DNA from: Acidobacteriota bacterium
Lineage (GTDB): Bacteria > Acidobacteriota > Thermoanaerobaculia > Multivoradales > UBA5704
Length of the DNA: 55,311 nucleotides
Direction: 5' to 3'
Assembly (NCBI GenBank): GCA_040005235.1
Contig: JBDTZG010000035.1
Location: 1 to 55,311 of the forward strand
A program made the position numbers and the translations under genes. The notes below the pieces were generated by a model. It saw nothing but the letters and a program-made list of their open reading frames with translations. It was not told the origin of the DNA and did not search any database. This document shows positions 38,201 to 49,314 of the stretch, in pieces (position 1 is the first letter of the stretch; every line of letters begins with the position of its first letter).

Positions 38201-39046
38201 CAAGGCGGTCATGACCTTTTCCGCATTCGGTGCCCGGCCTTTGAAACGCAAGGGGAGCAGGCCTTTCAGCTCGCGCGCCGCATCGAGCAAACGGCGAGAG
38301 AGCGCCGCGGCTCCGGGTCCGGCGAGCGGATCCTCAAGCAACGCCTCCGCCGGCAGCCCCTCGCGGGCGAGGATCAACAGCGCCTCGACCAGCTCGCGCG
38401 GCCCGAGTCCGCGGGCCGCAAGAGCCAACAGGTGAGGATCGCCCGGCTCGCCGTAGCCGCTCCGCATCGCCCCCTCGACCGCCTCTTGGACCGCTTCGTC
38501 GAGCAGCCGCCCGTCGGCATCGACGCTCAGCTGCGGGTGGACCCCCGCCTCCAGCGGGTGCTCGGCGAGCAGCCGGCGGCAGAACGCATGAATGGTCGAG
38601 ACGTTCAGCTGATCGAGGGTCGCGAGCAGCGCCCAAGCTCGCCGCACCCGCTCCGCCTCAGGCGGCAACGCTGCCGCTTCGAGCCAACCGGGAACCCGGC
38701 CGAAGCTCTTCGCCACTTCCGCGAGATCGCGCGCCGCGCGATGTGCCATCTCGGCCGCCGCGGCCTCGGTAAAAGTGATCGCGACCACCCCGGAAAGTAC
38801 CTCGGCCGCGATCCGCTCGTCGTCGATCTCCCGCGCGGAATCGCCGGCCGTGGCAGCCCGCGCGGCAAGCCTCGCCGCCGCCCGCTCCCATCCCGGCCCG
38901 AGCGTCCAGGCGAGCAGCCGGGCAACCAGAGTCGTGGTTTTACCCGTTCCGGCCCCCGCTTCGAGCACCAGAGGGCGTTCGAATTCCGTTTGTGCCTTCT
39001 TACGGGCCGAGCGGTCGTCATTGAGGAGGGCCATGCGATCGGTCAT
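35237..39046 (-). CDS. addA: AddA-like UvrD helicase with C-terminal PD-(D/E)xK nuclease
   Basis: AGAGTGKT, ITFT, DEFQD, GDPKQSIY.WR, TIHGAKGL, LYVALTRA, G.IDL..IVDYKT; start 39046 overlaps the addB stop. Confidence 0.88.
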   Translation of the reverse strand: MTDRMALLNDDRSARKKAQTEFERPLVLEAGAGTGKTTTLVARLLAWTLGPGWERAAARLAARAATAGDSAREIDDERIAAEVLSGVVAITFTEAAAAEMAHRAARDLAEVAKSFGRVPGWLEAAALPPEAERVRRAWALLATLDQLNVSTIHAFCRRLLAEHPLEAGVHPQLSVDADGRLLDEAVQEAVEGAMRSGYGEPGDPHLLALAARGLGPRELVEALLILAREGLPAEALLEDPLAGPGAAALSRRLLDAARELKGLLPLRFKGRAPNAEKVMTALNQLVGCFEGVETTGLEALSPVCSQVLPENLVNHLANWEKGSFNQTEDTAFADRAEAVAAASGRLRRAARFLLGFDAELLTAARGALAPLLATVKNTMRTRGAATFQSLLSGAARLLSNHPGVRREVRGRIDQLLVDEFQDTDRQQCALLAALALPDPAAPEAPLPGLFLVGDPKQSIYGWRSADLSAYSGFVARVRAAGGEVLPLVENFRSVPGILAEVEVAVAPVMRERTGLQPAFQPLLPCEKLDEEEGFAAAGRRPVEHWVLWRPEAANAADAPGLGKTPLVAAAELEAEAVARDIAELHEREGVAWNSFGILLRGFGSVEIVLEALRARRIPFAVGRDRQYYRRREIIEASALVRSVLDPGDHLALLTWLRSAAVGVPDAALIPLWGRGFPRLASELGGTSDPARAAEALQQISALAKEAALATPRDVPGIAEIAGWEASLEAAMAALGAMRRSFATDAADLFVEKLRRFSFMEPTESARYLGPYRLANLDRFFRRLLEAFEEEGDAGALLRVLRRSITEGLDAEEARPDGGEAAVSVLTIHGAKGLDFDHVYLLQTHRQPPADNEIGTAVGRVGSSTAEPGDDRWEVRLFGAPTPGFAEVEAERAAVEAAERVRTLYVALTRAKVRLVISGLWTEREANPDNAPGDPGNLAERARSHLHLLTARPGRPDLSSLWNQLEGAEPRETSWIDGDGVLWRFPGLTAAAPVAYQASQKAPAAGLPPYGTGTEVAAAVRDLAKRRQEATSRQKRRISAPASEEAHERLRQLQAERNESAAESAEAALPTDTADLANRRNAAMAAGTAVHRALETWDLTADVTAERARQIASLPGTLAALVGIDPEARHAAEVRARGLLEAFAAGPLVERLRSLGTKILARELPVLLPAPEDHHRQETGPVGFISGAIDLLYHEEGGGIDRFVIVDYKTDDVQSDQSDTELKARVAAYAPQGAHYTRAIRDALALAELPRFELWFLAAGRVVETELALE

Positions 39047-42000
39047 GGATCTTCCCTGCGCGGTTCGGTCGCCGCCAAGTTCCACACTCCGATCAGCGCC
39101 CGGTCTGCCGAACCTTCCGCTTCGCCCCTCGCCGACCATTGGTAGAGCCGTCGGCGGGCACCGGAGTCGCCGCGCAGGCAGGCTTCGGCGACTTCGCAGT
39201 ACTCGCAGCGGCGCGGCTCCTTCTGGCCCGCCGGATCGACCAGACGGGGAAAGAAGCTTCCCGCCGCGTGGGCCGCAAGGCCGGCGGACACGGCGCGGTC
39301 GAAGGCCGCGTCGATCTCCGGGTCCTTTTCGACCTTGAACTCGCGGACCTCGGCGTCCGGCTTCAGGTAGTAGTACCGGCCGAGCGCGCCGGGTCCCGCC
39401 GACCGCCGGTAGGCGACCGCCTGGAGCATCGCACCCGAGCCGATTTTGGCGACCAGATCCGCGCGCTGCTTCTCGGGCCTCTTTTTGAGCGAAAGCGGCC
39501 GGCCGGTCTTCCAGTCCGTAAACAGCGGCACGCCGTCCGGCAGGCGGTCTTCCCGGTCGGCGCGAAACGTCAGGGTACGAGGGCCGCCGGTCACCGGGTC
39601 GACCACTTCGACGCTGCTTTTTACTTCCGTTCGGATCAGCTCGTTCTCCCACGGCTCGCGCGCCGCGGCGAGGTAGGGCCGCGCCCGCTCCGCTAGCGCG
39701 CGGCCGAGGCCCGACAGGGCAATCCCTTCGAGCGCCACCATCTTCGCCGCCTCGTCGCGCAGAATCGGTTCGATCTCCTCCTCCGTCGGCCAGCCCGCTT
39801 GGCCCGGCCGTTTGGCCAGCCGGTCGAGCACCGCGTGGATCAGGTTGCCGAGCAACCGGGCGTCGAGCCCGGGGAGCGCCTGCAATGGATCGGGGGTCGG
39901 TTCGATCGCCAGCAGGCGCGAGAGGAAGAACTGCCACGGGCAGCCGTCCAGCCGTTCGAGGTGGGTGACGGCGAGATCGCGGCGGCGGGGATCCAGTTCT
40001 TTCGATCGCGGATCGGCGTCGAGTGTGCCGACGAAGCCGAACCAGGGGCCGAGGCGATGATTCGCGGCGCGCCCTTCCGGAGTCCTTAGATCGGGGTCCA
40101 ACTCGGCGAGCGCCGCCATTCGAGCCCTGGCGGTGGCCTCCGGCCGGAATGCTCCGATCTCCGGCGCCAGCTCGGCGAGAGCCGCGGGCAGAACCTCCGC
40201 GAAGCTCGCCCGCGAGCCGTGCAGCGCCGCGAGGGTCGAGTGCTCCCAGGCGGGGCGCAGCAGCGCCGCGGACCTCGGGCCGCTCGAGGCGGCGGGATCG
40301 GGCGGGGTGAACAGCCCCGGCGCGCGGACGACCCCCCCGGCCTCGAAAACGATCCGTTCGACCAACGGCGAAGCCGCGCGGGGCCGGCCGTCATCATCGG
40401 CGCTCTGCCACGATAGGGTGACCTGCGGGGCGGCCGACAGGAGCTGGGCGAACAGGTGGCGCTCCTCGTCGAATCCGGCGCGCTTTTCCCCCAGGTCGGG
40501 CAGTAGGCCGCGCAGCACCCTGCGGAGCGAATCGGGCAGCAGCGGGTCTTCTCGCACGGGGCGGGGAAACGCGTCGCGGGAGAGACCTAAGACGAACAGG
40601 TGATCGAACGTCCGTCCGCGCGCCTCGGTGACCGAAAGCACCTGAACGCCCCCTCCGCCGTTGCCGCCGAATCCCCCGGTTCCAAGCCGTGAGAACGCCT
40701 CGCCGACCAGCGCGCCGAATTCGTCCGCCATGAGCGGAAATTCGCTGGGCAGCTCGCGGGCCAGAGCCTCCAACGCGGCATAGGCGCGCCCGATCTCCTC
40801 CTCGGGAACGGTGCCACCTTCTTCGGCTTTCGGGTTCCACCCCAGATCCCCCGCGAGCAGCGAGCGCAGACGTTGAAGATGGACCGCGACCGAAGCCGCT
40901 TCGGGCCAGCCCTCCAGCTTCTCGCTCGCGCGCCGCGCGGCGGCGATCGCGGCGGCGAGGCGCTTTCCCGCGATCCGGCGCCGCGGCGCGCGAACGTTTC
41001 CCGCGCTCTTCTCGGGTTCCGAGCCGGCTTCGCCCTCGGAGATCTGGGTTTCGGGCAGGATCGGTTCCAGCCCTTCGCCCTCTTCCACCCCTTCGGGCTC
41101 CGGGTCGCGCTCGGTTCCCGCGGTGAATCCCTGGCGGATCGGCAGGGAGTATTTGCCCCACGGATCGAGCAGGCCGGTCAGATCGATCTCCGCCGCGTCG
41201 CGCAAACGCCCGGCGCCGAGCGCCGCGAAGGCCAGGCGCAGCTCGAACCCGGGGCGACCCGCACCTCCCGGCAGGGCGATCGCGGCGTCCAGCCAACGCG
41301 AGACCGGCGTGTCGCCTCCCCGGCGGAGGAGATCTTCGAGCGCGGCGAGGCGCCTGCCCATAGGGGTCTTTCCGCCGGTCGCCGCCAGCCCTGAGTAGGG
41401 GACGCCCAGCCGTTCGAAGTGGCGCCGGACGGCAAACCGGTACGGCCCAAGATCGCGCGCCACCACCGCCGTCCGCTCTGGGGTCACCCCCGCGTCGAGC
41501 AGGGCGCGCAGCCGCAAGCCCGCCTCGCGCACTTCCGCATCGGTTCCCGCCGCGGTGAAAGCTTCGCGGCGCGGAAGAGCGGGCTCCGGCCCCCGGGAGA
41601 GCGCCGGACCGGTCGCGAGCGCGATCCGCTCGGCCCAGCGATCCGCGAAAGCGTGCTCCAGGCGGACGTCCCCCGTACCGGATTCGCCCACCGTCTGGAA
41701 CGAAGGGTCGGGCGGCCGGTCGATCAGAACCGTGGCATCGCAGGCGCGGACCAGCGCCTCGATCAAATCGGTGGCCAGGCCCGTCGCATCCGAAAAACCA
41801 TGGACGATGACCGCCCGGGCCGGGAAGATCTCAGGCCGGGAGAGGAGAGCCTGGGTCGCGCGGCGAAGCAGATCGGCGATGCGGCCGACCCCCAACCGTT
41901 CCAATTCCGATTGAGCCGCCGCCGCGGCGCGGACCAGTGCCCGGGCGCGCTCCAGGTCCATTGCCGTGGCGATCGCTTTTCCCTCGCCGGACAGCAGCTC

Positions 42001-42513
42001 GTCGAGCGCCTCCGCGTGGGCCGGATCGAGACCGGCATCCAGCAGGTCACGGATCGTCGCCGCCGCGGCCCCGTATCCTTCGATCAGGTCATCGAGCCCG
42101 CGAAAGAGCGCCGGTTGGGCGCGCGCCGCCCGGCGCGCCAGGATCTCGAACAACGCTCCGCCGCCCGGGCCGGCGGACTCTCCCGCGCGCTCCAAGACTT
42201 CGAGCGCCAGCGCGTGAAGGGTCTGGACGATCAGGCCCGCCGTTCCGCGCCTCCGGTGGCGGGCTAGAGCCGAAGCGACGTGAAGCCGTAAGCTCTTGGA
42301 GGGCACGACGATCCGCACCGGCCGGGCGAGCAAGGCAGGATCGCGCTGGGCCGCGGCGAGCAGAGTGTCGATTTCGGAGAAGAGAAGAGCCTCGGTCGCC
42401 AGCGCGCCGCGCCCGGCAAGCAACCGTCCGCGCGGAGCGGCCGACGGCCCCAGCGGGGTCGATGGCGTCAGGGCTGGAGAGCCAGGGCCGAAAAGATCGA
42501 GCTGTTGCGCCAC
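39043..42513 (-). CDS. addB: AddB-like protein (inactive helicase-like body plus Fe-S PD-(D/E)xK nuclease)
   Basis: CP..FF + CEYC...C four-Cys staple; RADR..DWKT; upstream of and coupled to addA. Confidence 0.82.
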   Translation of the reverse strand: MAQQLDLFGPGSPALTPSTPLGPSAAPRGRLLAGRGALATEALLFSEIDTLLAAAQRDPALLARPVRIVVPSKSLRLHVASALARHRRRGTAGLIVQTLHALALEVLERAGESAGPGGGALFEILARRAARAQPALFRGLDDLIEGYGAAAATIRDLLDAGLDPAHAEALDELLSGEGKAIATAMDLERARALVRAAAAAQSELERLGVGRIADLLRRATQALLSRPEIFPARAVIVHGFSDATGLATDLIEALVRACDATVLIDRPPDPSFQTVGESGTGDVRLEHAFADRWAERIALATGPALSRGPEPALPRREAFTAAGTDAEVREAGLRLRALLDAGVTPERTAVVARDLGPYRFAVRRHFERLGVPYSGLAATGGKTPMGRRLAALEDLLRRGGDTPVSRWLDAAIALPGGAGRPGFELRLAFAALGAGRLRDAAEIDLTGLLDPWGKYSLPIRQGFTAGTERDPEPEGVEEGEGLEPILPETQISEGEAGSEPEKSAGNVRAPRRRIAGKRLAAAIAAARRASEKLEGWPEAASVAVHLQRLRSLLAGDLGWNPKAEEGGTVPEEEIGRAYAALEALARELPSEFPLMADEFGALVGEAFSRLGTGGFGGNGGGGVQVLSVTEARGRTFDHLFVLGLSRDAFPRPVREDPLLPDSLRRVLRGLLPDLGEKRAGFDEERHLFAQLLSAAPQVTLSWQSADDDGRPRAASPLVERIVFEAGGVVRAPGLFTPPDPAASSGPRSAALLRPAWEHSTLAALHGSRASFAEVLPAALAELAPEIGAFRPEATARARMAALAELDPDLRTPEGRAANHRLGPWFGFVGTLDADPRSKELDPRRRDLAVTHLERLDGCPWQFFLSRLLAIEPTPDPLQALPGLDARLLGNLIHAVLDRLAKRPGQAGWPTEEEIEPILRDEAAKMVALEGIALSGLGRALAERARPYLAAAREPWENELIRTEVKSSVEVVDPVTGGPRTLTFRADREDRLPDGVPLFTDWKTGRPLSLKKRPEKQRADLVAKIGSGAMLQAVAYRRSAGPGALGRYYYLKPDAEVREFKVEKDPEIDAAFDRAVSAGLAAHAAGSFFPRLVDPAGQKEPRRCEYCEVAEACLRGDSGARRRLYQWSARGEAEGSADRALIGVWNLAATEPRREDP

Positions 42514-42556
42514 GGGCGAAGGATATCCCGCCGCTAGAGGAAGTCGCGGAAATCCG

Positions 42557-43381
42557 CTACCGCCGGACGATCACCTCGAAGCCGATCAGCCAAGCGCCGA
42601 TCAGCAGCGCAGGCGCCGCGAACAGGGCGGAATCCATCCGGTCGAGCAGGCCCCCGTGACCGGGCAGCAGGTTGCCGGAATCCTTCACCTTGGCCTCCCG
42701 CTTGAACATCGATTCGACCAGATCGCCGACCTGGCCGGCGACCGCGGTGATCGCCCCGAGTGCGAGAATCCGCAGGTCGATCCTGTCGTGCTGGCAGTAG
42801 CTCCAGACGCCCGTGGCGATCAGGCTGGTGACGAACCCGGCGATCGCCCCTTCCCAGCTCTTCTTCGGGCTGATCGTCGGCGCGAGCTTGTGCTTTCCCC
42901 AGCGCGAGCCGATGTAAAACGCCCCGGTGTCGCCGAGCCAGATGATCGCGACCAGCAGAAAGGTGAGCCACGGATCGGTGCCCTGAATCCGCGCGAACGC
43001 GACGGCGGGCAGCGCCAGGTAGACCGTGCCGAAGCCGACGATCGCGAGCGCCGGGAGAGTTTCCGCCAGTGGAATCCGCGCCGCCAAAAGAGCGGTCGGC
43101 AAGACGATGCCGAGCAGGCCGGTGAGGACGAGCAGGTGGTACGGCGAATCGCCGACTCGCCCGGAAGCCACCAGCCAGAGTCCGATCGCCACGGCGGGGA
43201 GAAAAACATACAGCAGCCAGAGCGGCGCACCCGGCGCGAGCGAGCGCACGATGCGCAGGTACTCGACGGCGCAGCCCATCATCACCACCAGGATCAAGGC
43301 GAAGAACAGCGGCTCCGGCAGAGCGAAGTTGGCCCACATCGCCAGCGGTACGCCAACCAGAGCGGTGAGCAGGCGTTTCAC
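42557..43381 (-). CDS. cdsA: phosphatidate cytidylyltransferase
   Basis: DTGAFY.G, ISPKKSWEG, GDLVESMFKR...VKDSG.LLPGHGG.LDR.D. Confidence 0.96.
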   Translation of the reverse strand: MKRLLTALVGVPLAMWANFALPEPLFFALILVVMMGCAVEYLRIVRSLAPGAPLWLLYVFLPAVAIGLWLVASGRVGDSPYHLLVLTGLLGIVLPTALLAARIPLAETLPALAIVGFGTVYLALPAVAFARIQGTDPWLTFLLVAIIWLGDTGAFYIGSRWGKHKLAPTISPKKSWEGAIAGFVTSLIATGVWSYCQHDRIDLRILALGAITAVAGQVGDLVESMFKREAKVKDSGNLLPGHGGLLDRMDSALFAAPALLIGAWLIGFEVIVRR

Positions 43382-43436
43382 GATCGGATCCCGGGAACCG
43401 GAAGAGAGAAAACGTCGACCGAATGGCGGTGGATGC

Positions 43437-44258
43437 TCAAACCGCGGATCGCCTCGCCTTGGCGCCCCTGGCGAACAGGCCCCGGGGCTCTTCGGCTCTG
43501 ACCCCGCCGAAGCGGCGGTCGCGGGTCTGGAAATCGAGGATCGCGGCGTACAGGTCGGCGCGGCGGAAGTCGGGCCACAGGGTCTCGGTCACCCAGATCT
43601 CGGTGTAGGCGATCTGCCAGAGCAGGAAATTGCTCACCCGCAGCTCGCCCGAGGTACGAATCAGCAGATCCGGATCGGCCTGGCCGGAGGTGTAGAGATA
43701 CCGGCCGATCGTCTCTTCGTCGATGTCCGCCCGCTTGCCGGCCGCCCAATCGGCGACGATGTTGCGGCAGGCATCGACGATCTCGGCCCGGCCGGAGTAG
43801 TTGAGCGCGATGTTGAAGCGGGTCCCGGAGCAGCCGGAGGTCGCGTCGAGCGCGCGCTCCAGCTCGCGCACCACGGTCGGATCGAGATCCCGCCAGCGGC
43901 CGAGCACGTGGAGCCGGATGTTGTTCTCGATCAGGTTCGCGGTTTCCTTCCGAACGTACTCCTTGAGCAAGTTCATCAGGGTCCAGACTTCGAACCGCGG
44001 TCGCTTCCAGTTCTCGACCGAAAAAGCGTAGAGGGTGATCGCTTCCAGCTCCAGCCGAGCCGCGGTTTCGACCGAAATCCGCACCGACTCGACCCCCGCC
44101 CGATGCCCTTCCACCCGCGGTAGGCCGCGCTGCTGCGCCCAGCGGCCGTTGCCATCCATGATGATCGCGACATGACGAGGCAGGCGCCCGAGAACCAGCC
44201 GGCGCACCACCATTTCTTCGGGCGAGCCCGACTCCGCGAGCTTGGAGAGGTCAATCAT
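43437..44258 (-). CDS. uppS: undecaprenyl diphosphate synthase
   Basis: HVAIIMDGNGRWA, YAFSVENWKRP, PDLLIRTSGE.R.SNFLLWQ. Confidence 0.97.
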   Translation of the reverse strand: MIDLSKLAESGSPEEMVVRRLVLGRLPRHVAIIMDGNGRWAQQRGLPRVEGHRAGVESVRISVETAARLELEAITLYAFSVENWKRPRFEVWTLMNLLKEYVRKETANLIENNIRLHVLGRWRDLDPTVVRELERALDATSGCSGTRFNIALNYSGRAEIVDACRNIVADWAAGKRADIDEETIGRYLYTSGQADPDLLIRTSGELRVSNFLLWQIAYTEIWVTETLWPDFRRADLYAAILDFQTRDRRFGGVRAEEPRGLFARGAKARRSAV

Positions 44259-44270
44259 GGCGAGGGCGGC

Positions 44271-45071
44271 TTAAGGTAGCACAGCGGGTGGGGGTTGGTG
44301 AGGGCGCGGCCCCCCGCCAGCCCACCGCAAAAGCACCGCGTCCAGTTCGCCCGTCGGCCGCTCTCGCGGCTCCACGAGCGTCGGGCCGAGGGCCGCGAGC
44401 TGTTCGATCTCGCGGGCAAAGGCTTCCCGCCTTACCGGATCGAAAAAGAGAGGTTCCGCCTCGGCGACTTGCGCCTTCCGCGCGAGCAGCGCCTCGATCC
44501 AGGCTCGCTCCTCCATCCAGACGAAAGGGGCCGCGACGAGGTCTCCGAATCGCGTCGGCGGCATCGTCCGCCGCTCGGCGATCCAGCGGGCGGCGAGGAG
44601 CGGCCGGAGGAGGTAAAAGAGCTTTTTGATTTTCACTTCGGAGGTTTGGAGGTGCCCTTCGATCGTCTTCTTCGCCAGGCCAAGGTAGTGAAAAATCGCT
44701 GGGGCGGGCTGGAAGATCGCTGGAATCAGTCGTCGGAGCTCGTCAGCGAAGCCGGCCGCCTCGGAGTAGACGATCGGCGAGTCGAGCCACTCGCAGAGCG
44801 GCGCGTTCCCCTTGGCGAACAGCTGGAGGCTCTTCCTCAGCTCCCAGCCCACGACGTCAAGATCGCCGGGAAGATTCTCCTCGATAACGTCCCGAGGGGG
44901 AAAAACGGAGAAGTACCAGGCGGGCGGCGGCGCGTAGAGGAAGCGCACGTCGAAGTCGCTGTCGGGAGAGGCGAATCCCCAAGCGCGGCTGCCGGACTCG
45001 GCAGCGTAGAGGATTCGGACACCGTTCTTCCGCTCGATTTCCGCGAGGGCCGCGGGAATGTCGGCGTTCAC
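44271..45071 (-). CDS. Pol-beta-superfamily nucleotidyltransferase (RlaP/YcgL-like)
   Basis: ESGSRAWGFASPDSDFDVRF, GWELRK.L.L..K.N....EWL.SP, KK.FY.LRP.LA; GTG start overlaps the upstream stop. Confidence 0.85.
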   Translation of the reverse strand: MNADIPAALAEIERKNGVRILYAAESGSRAWGFASPDSDFDVRFLYAPPPAWYFSVFPPRDVIEENLPGDLDVVGWELRKSLQLFAKGNAPLCEWLDSPIVYSEAAGFADELRRLIPAIFQPAPAIFHYLGLAKKTIEGHLQTSEVKIKKLFYLLRPLLAARWIAERRTMPPTRFGDLVAAPFVWMEERAWIEALLARKAQVAEAEPLFFDPVRREAFAREIEQLAALGPTLVEPRERPTGELDAVLLRWAGGGPRPHQPPPAVLP

Positions 45072-46165
45072 TGTCTTTTCTCCCAGCTTCGGGTGAGGTC
45101 GGCGAGTAAGGCTTCGACTTGGCCTAAGTCGGCGCTCTGCGGCAGATCGCTCGTCAACACGAGGCTCTCGCACTCGGCGATCAGCTCGTCCACGACCGCG
45201 AGGATCTCGTCGTAGGTCATCTCCCCGGCCCGAATGCGGCGCAACAGGGCGAGGTTCTCGCCTTGGAATCGCACGATCGGCGCCCCGTTCGCGAGGATCG
45301 ATCGACCGGAGAGGAGCAAGCGGACCGTGTGCATCAGGTTCTTGGCGTCGAAGTCGAGCTCGCCGCGTTCCTGCTGCCGCCAGCGCGCCTCGTTGCGGCT
45401 GGCTCGCCATTGCCAGTAGTTCCGGTGATCGCGGAGCTCCTGCTCGTAGGCCTGCTGGCTGAACAGAAGCAGCCCGGCGAAACGGGTCGTCTCGTCCTCT
45501 TTCGGAATCGACTCGCAAACGAGCAGATCGCCGCGAAAGACGCCGCGCGCCGCTTCGCCATAGGAATAGAGCCGGTAAGCCTCTTGGGAGTGCTCAAGGC
45601 GCGCAGCGTGGAAGTGTGCGAGGTCCCAACCGAGCGCCGAGAGGGGAACCGCGCGAGCGGGCGGCTCATCCTGCGAAGTGAATCGCTCGCGCGCCAAGAT
45701 GTAGCAGTGGTCTTCCCGTTGAGGCGGTGCCTCAGGCTTGGGGTTGTTGATCCACTTGTTCTGGCCGCGAGCCCGCTTGACCTGCGCCCGGGCGTATCCG
45801 ACGTGGGTGTCCGCGCATTGCCGGGTGAGGAATAGCTGCCGCTCGGCGATCAACCTTTCCATCTCGGGGGAAGTGCGAAGAATGCAGTCGGAGGGCAGGA
45901 AAAGAAGCTCGAGGAGCGTCGGATTCGCGACGGAGAGAAGCTCCAGCGCGCGGCGAAGGCTGTAATAGACGACGTTCGAGCGCTCATCGGCCAACTGCCC
46001 AGGAGGAGCCGAGAGCGAGAGGTACTCCCGTGCCGGCAGCGCGAACAGACCGCGGAAGTCGTCGTCGCTCTCTGGCGTCGCCGTGCCGTAGGCTCGACTG
46101 CCGGCCAGGCCGACGAAGAGGACTCGTTCCGGGAAGTGGTTGAGGAGGTCGGAAAGGGTTCGCAT
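45068..46165 (-). CDS. Pol-beta-superfamily nucleotidyltransferase (RlaP-like, long form)
   Basis: GSRAYGTATPESDDDFRG, NP.LLELL, GYA..Q, FDAKNLMH..RLL, LL.IR.G. Confidence 0.85.
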   Translation of the reverse strand: MRTLSDLLNHFPERVLFVGLAGSRAYGTATPESDDDFRGLFALPAREYLSLSAPPGQLADERSNVVYYSLRRALELLSVANPTLLELLFLPSDCILRTSPEMERLIAERQLFLTRQCADTHVGYARAQVKRARGQNKWINNPKPEAPPQREDHCYILARERFTSQDEPPARAVPLSALGWDLAHFHAARLEHSQEAYRLYSYGEAARGVFRGDLLVCESIPKEDETTRFAGLLLFSQQAYEQELRDHRNYWQWRASRNEARWRQQERGELDFDAKNLMHTVRLLLSGRSILANGAPIVRFQGENLALLRRIRAGEMTYDEILAVVDELIAECESLVLTSDLPQSADLGQVEALLADLTRSWEKRQ

Positions 46166-46253
46166 GAAGGATGAGGATCACGATACCAGGGGCTACTTGC
46201 CGACGAGCCCTTAGTCAGACCCCGCCCCGCCCGGAATCCTCTAAGATTCCCGG

Positions 46254-46858
46254 GTGCCTTCCGAGGAAGAGCCTCTCTTTGCCGACAAGGAGGGGGTCAC
46301 CGAGCTCTTGGTGTCCTTCAGCGGAGGAGATCGCCGCGCCCTCGACCGCTTGGTGCCTCTGGTTTATGCGGAGCTGCGCCGGATCGCCTCGCGGCGGCTG
46401 CGCGGCGAAGGGCCGGCCGAGACCCTGCAAACCACCTCCCTGGTCAACGAGGCGTACCTTCGGCTGGTCGATGGTTCGCGCGTCCCGTTTCAATCGCGAT
46501 CCCATTTCTTCGCCGTCGCGGCGCAGGCGATGCGCTACATCCTGGTCGACCGGGCGCGCGAGCGGGCGGCGCAAAAGCGCAGCGGCGGGGCGGAGCATCT
46601 GCCGCTCGACGAGATCGGAACGGGGGCTGGAGCGGCGGCGGCATGGGCGGAGGGCGATCACGCGGATCGGGTGATTGCGGTCCACGAGGCGCTTGCGAGG
46701 CTAGGGGAGGTCGATCCCCGGATGGTTTCGGTCGTGGAGCTGCGCTTTTTCGTCGGCCTGACGCTGGAGGAGGTGGCGGAGACGCTCGCGATCTCCCCCG
46801 CGGCCGCCTGGCGCGAGTGGGCTGCCGCGAAGTCTTTCCTTGCCGCTGAGCTGGGGCC

Positions 46859-46862
<4 letters not shown>
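46254..46862 (+). CDS. ECF sigma factor, TIGR02999-type (kinase-associated)
   Basis: L.PLVY.ELRR.A, TLQTTSLVNEAYLRL, HFFAVAAQAMR.ILVD.AR...KR, VVELRFF.GLT..E.A. Confidence 0.92.
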
Positions 46863-49306
<2,444 letters not shown>

Positions 49307-49314
49307 GGGCTGGG

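Noticed and set aside
39047-39937. N-terminal 297-aa extension of the 1566-aa addA ORF
   Set aside because: It overlaps the addB nuclease domain in another frame; the real start is ATG 39046 with ATGA coupling
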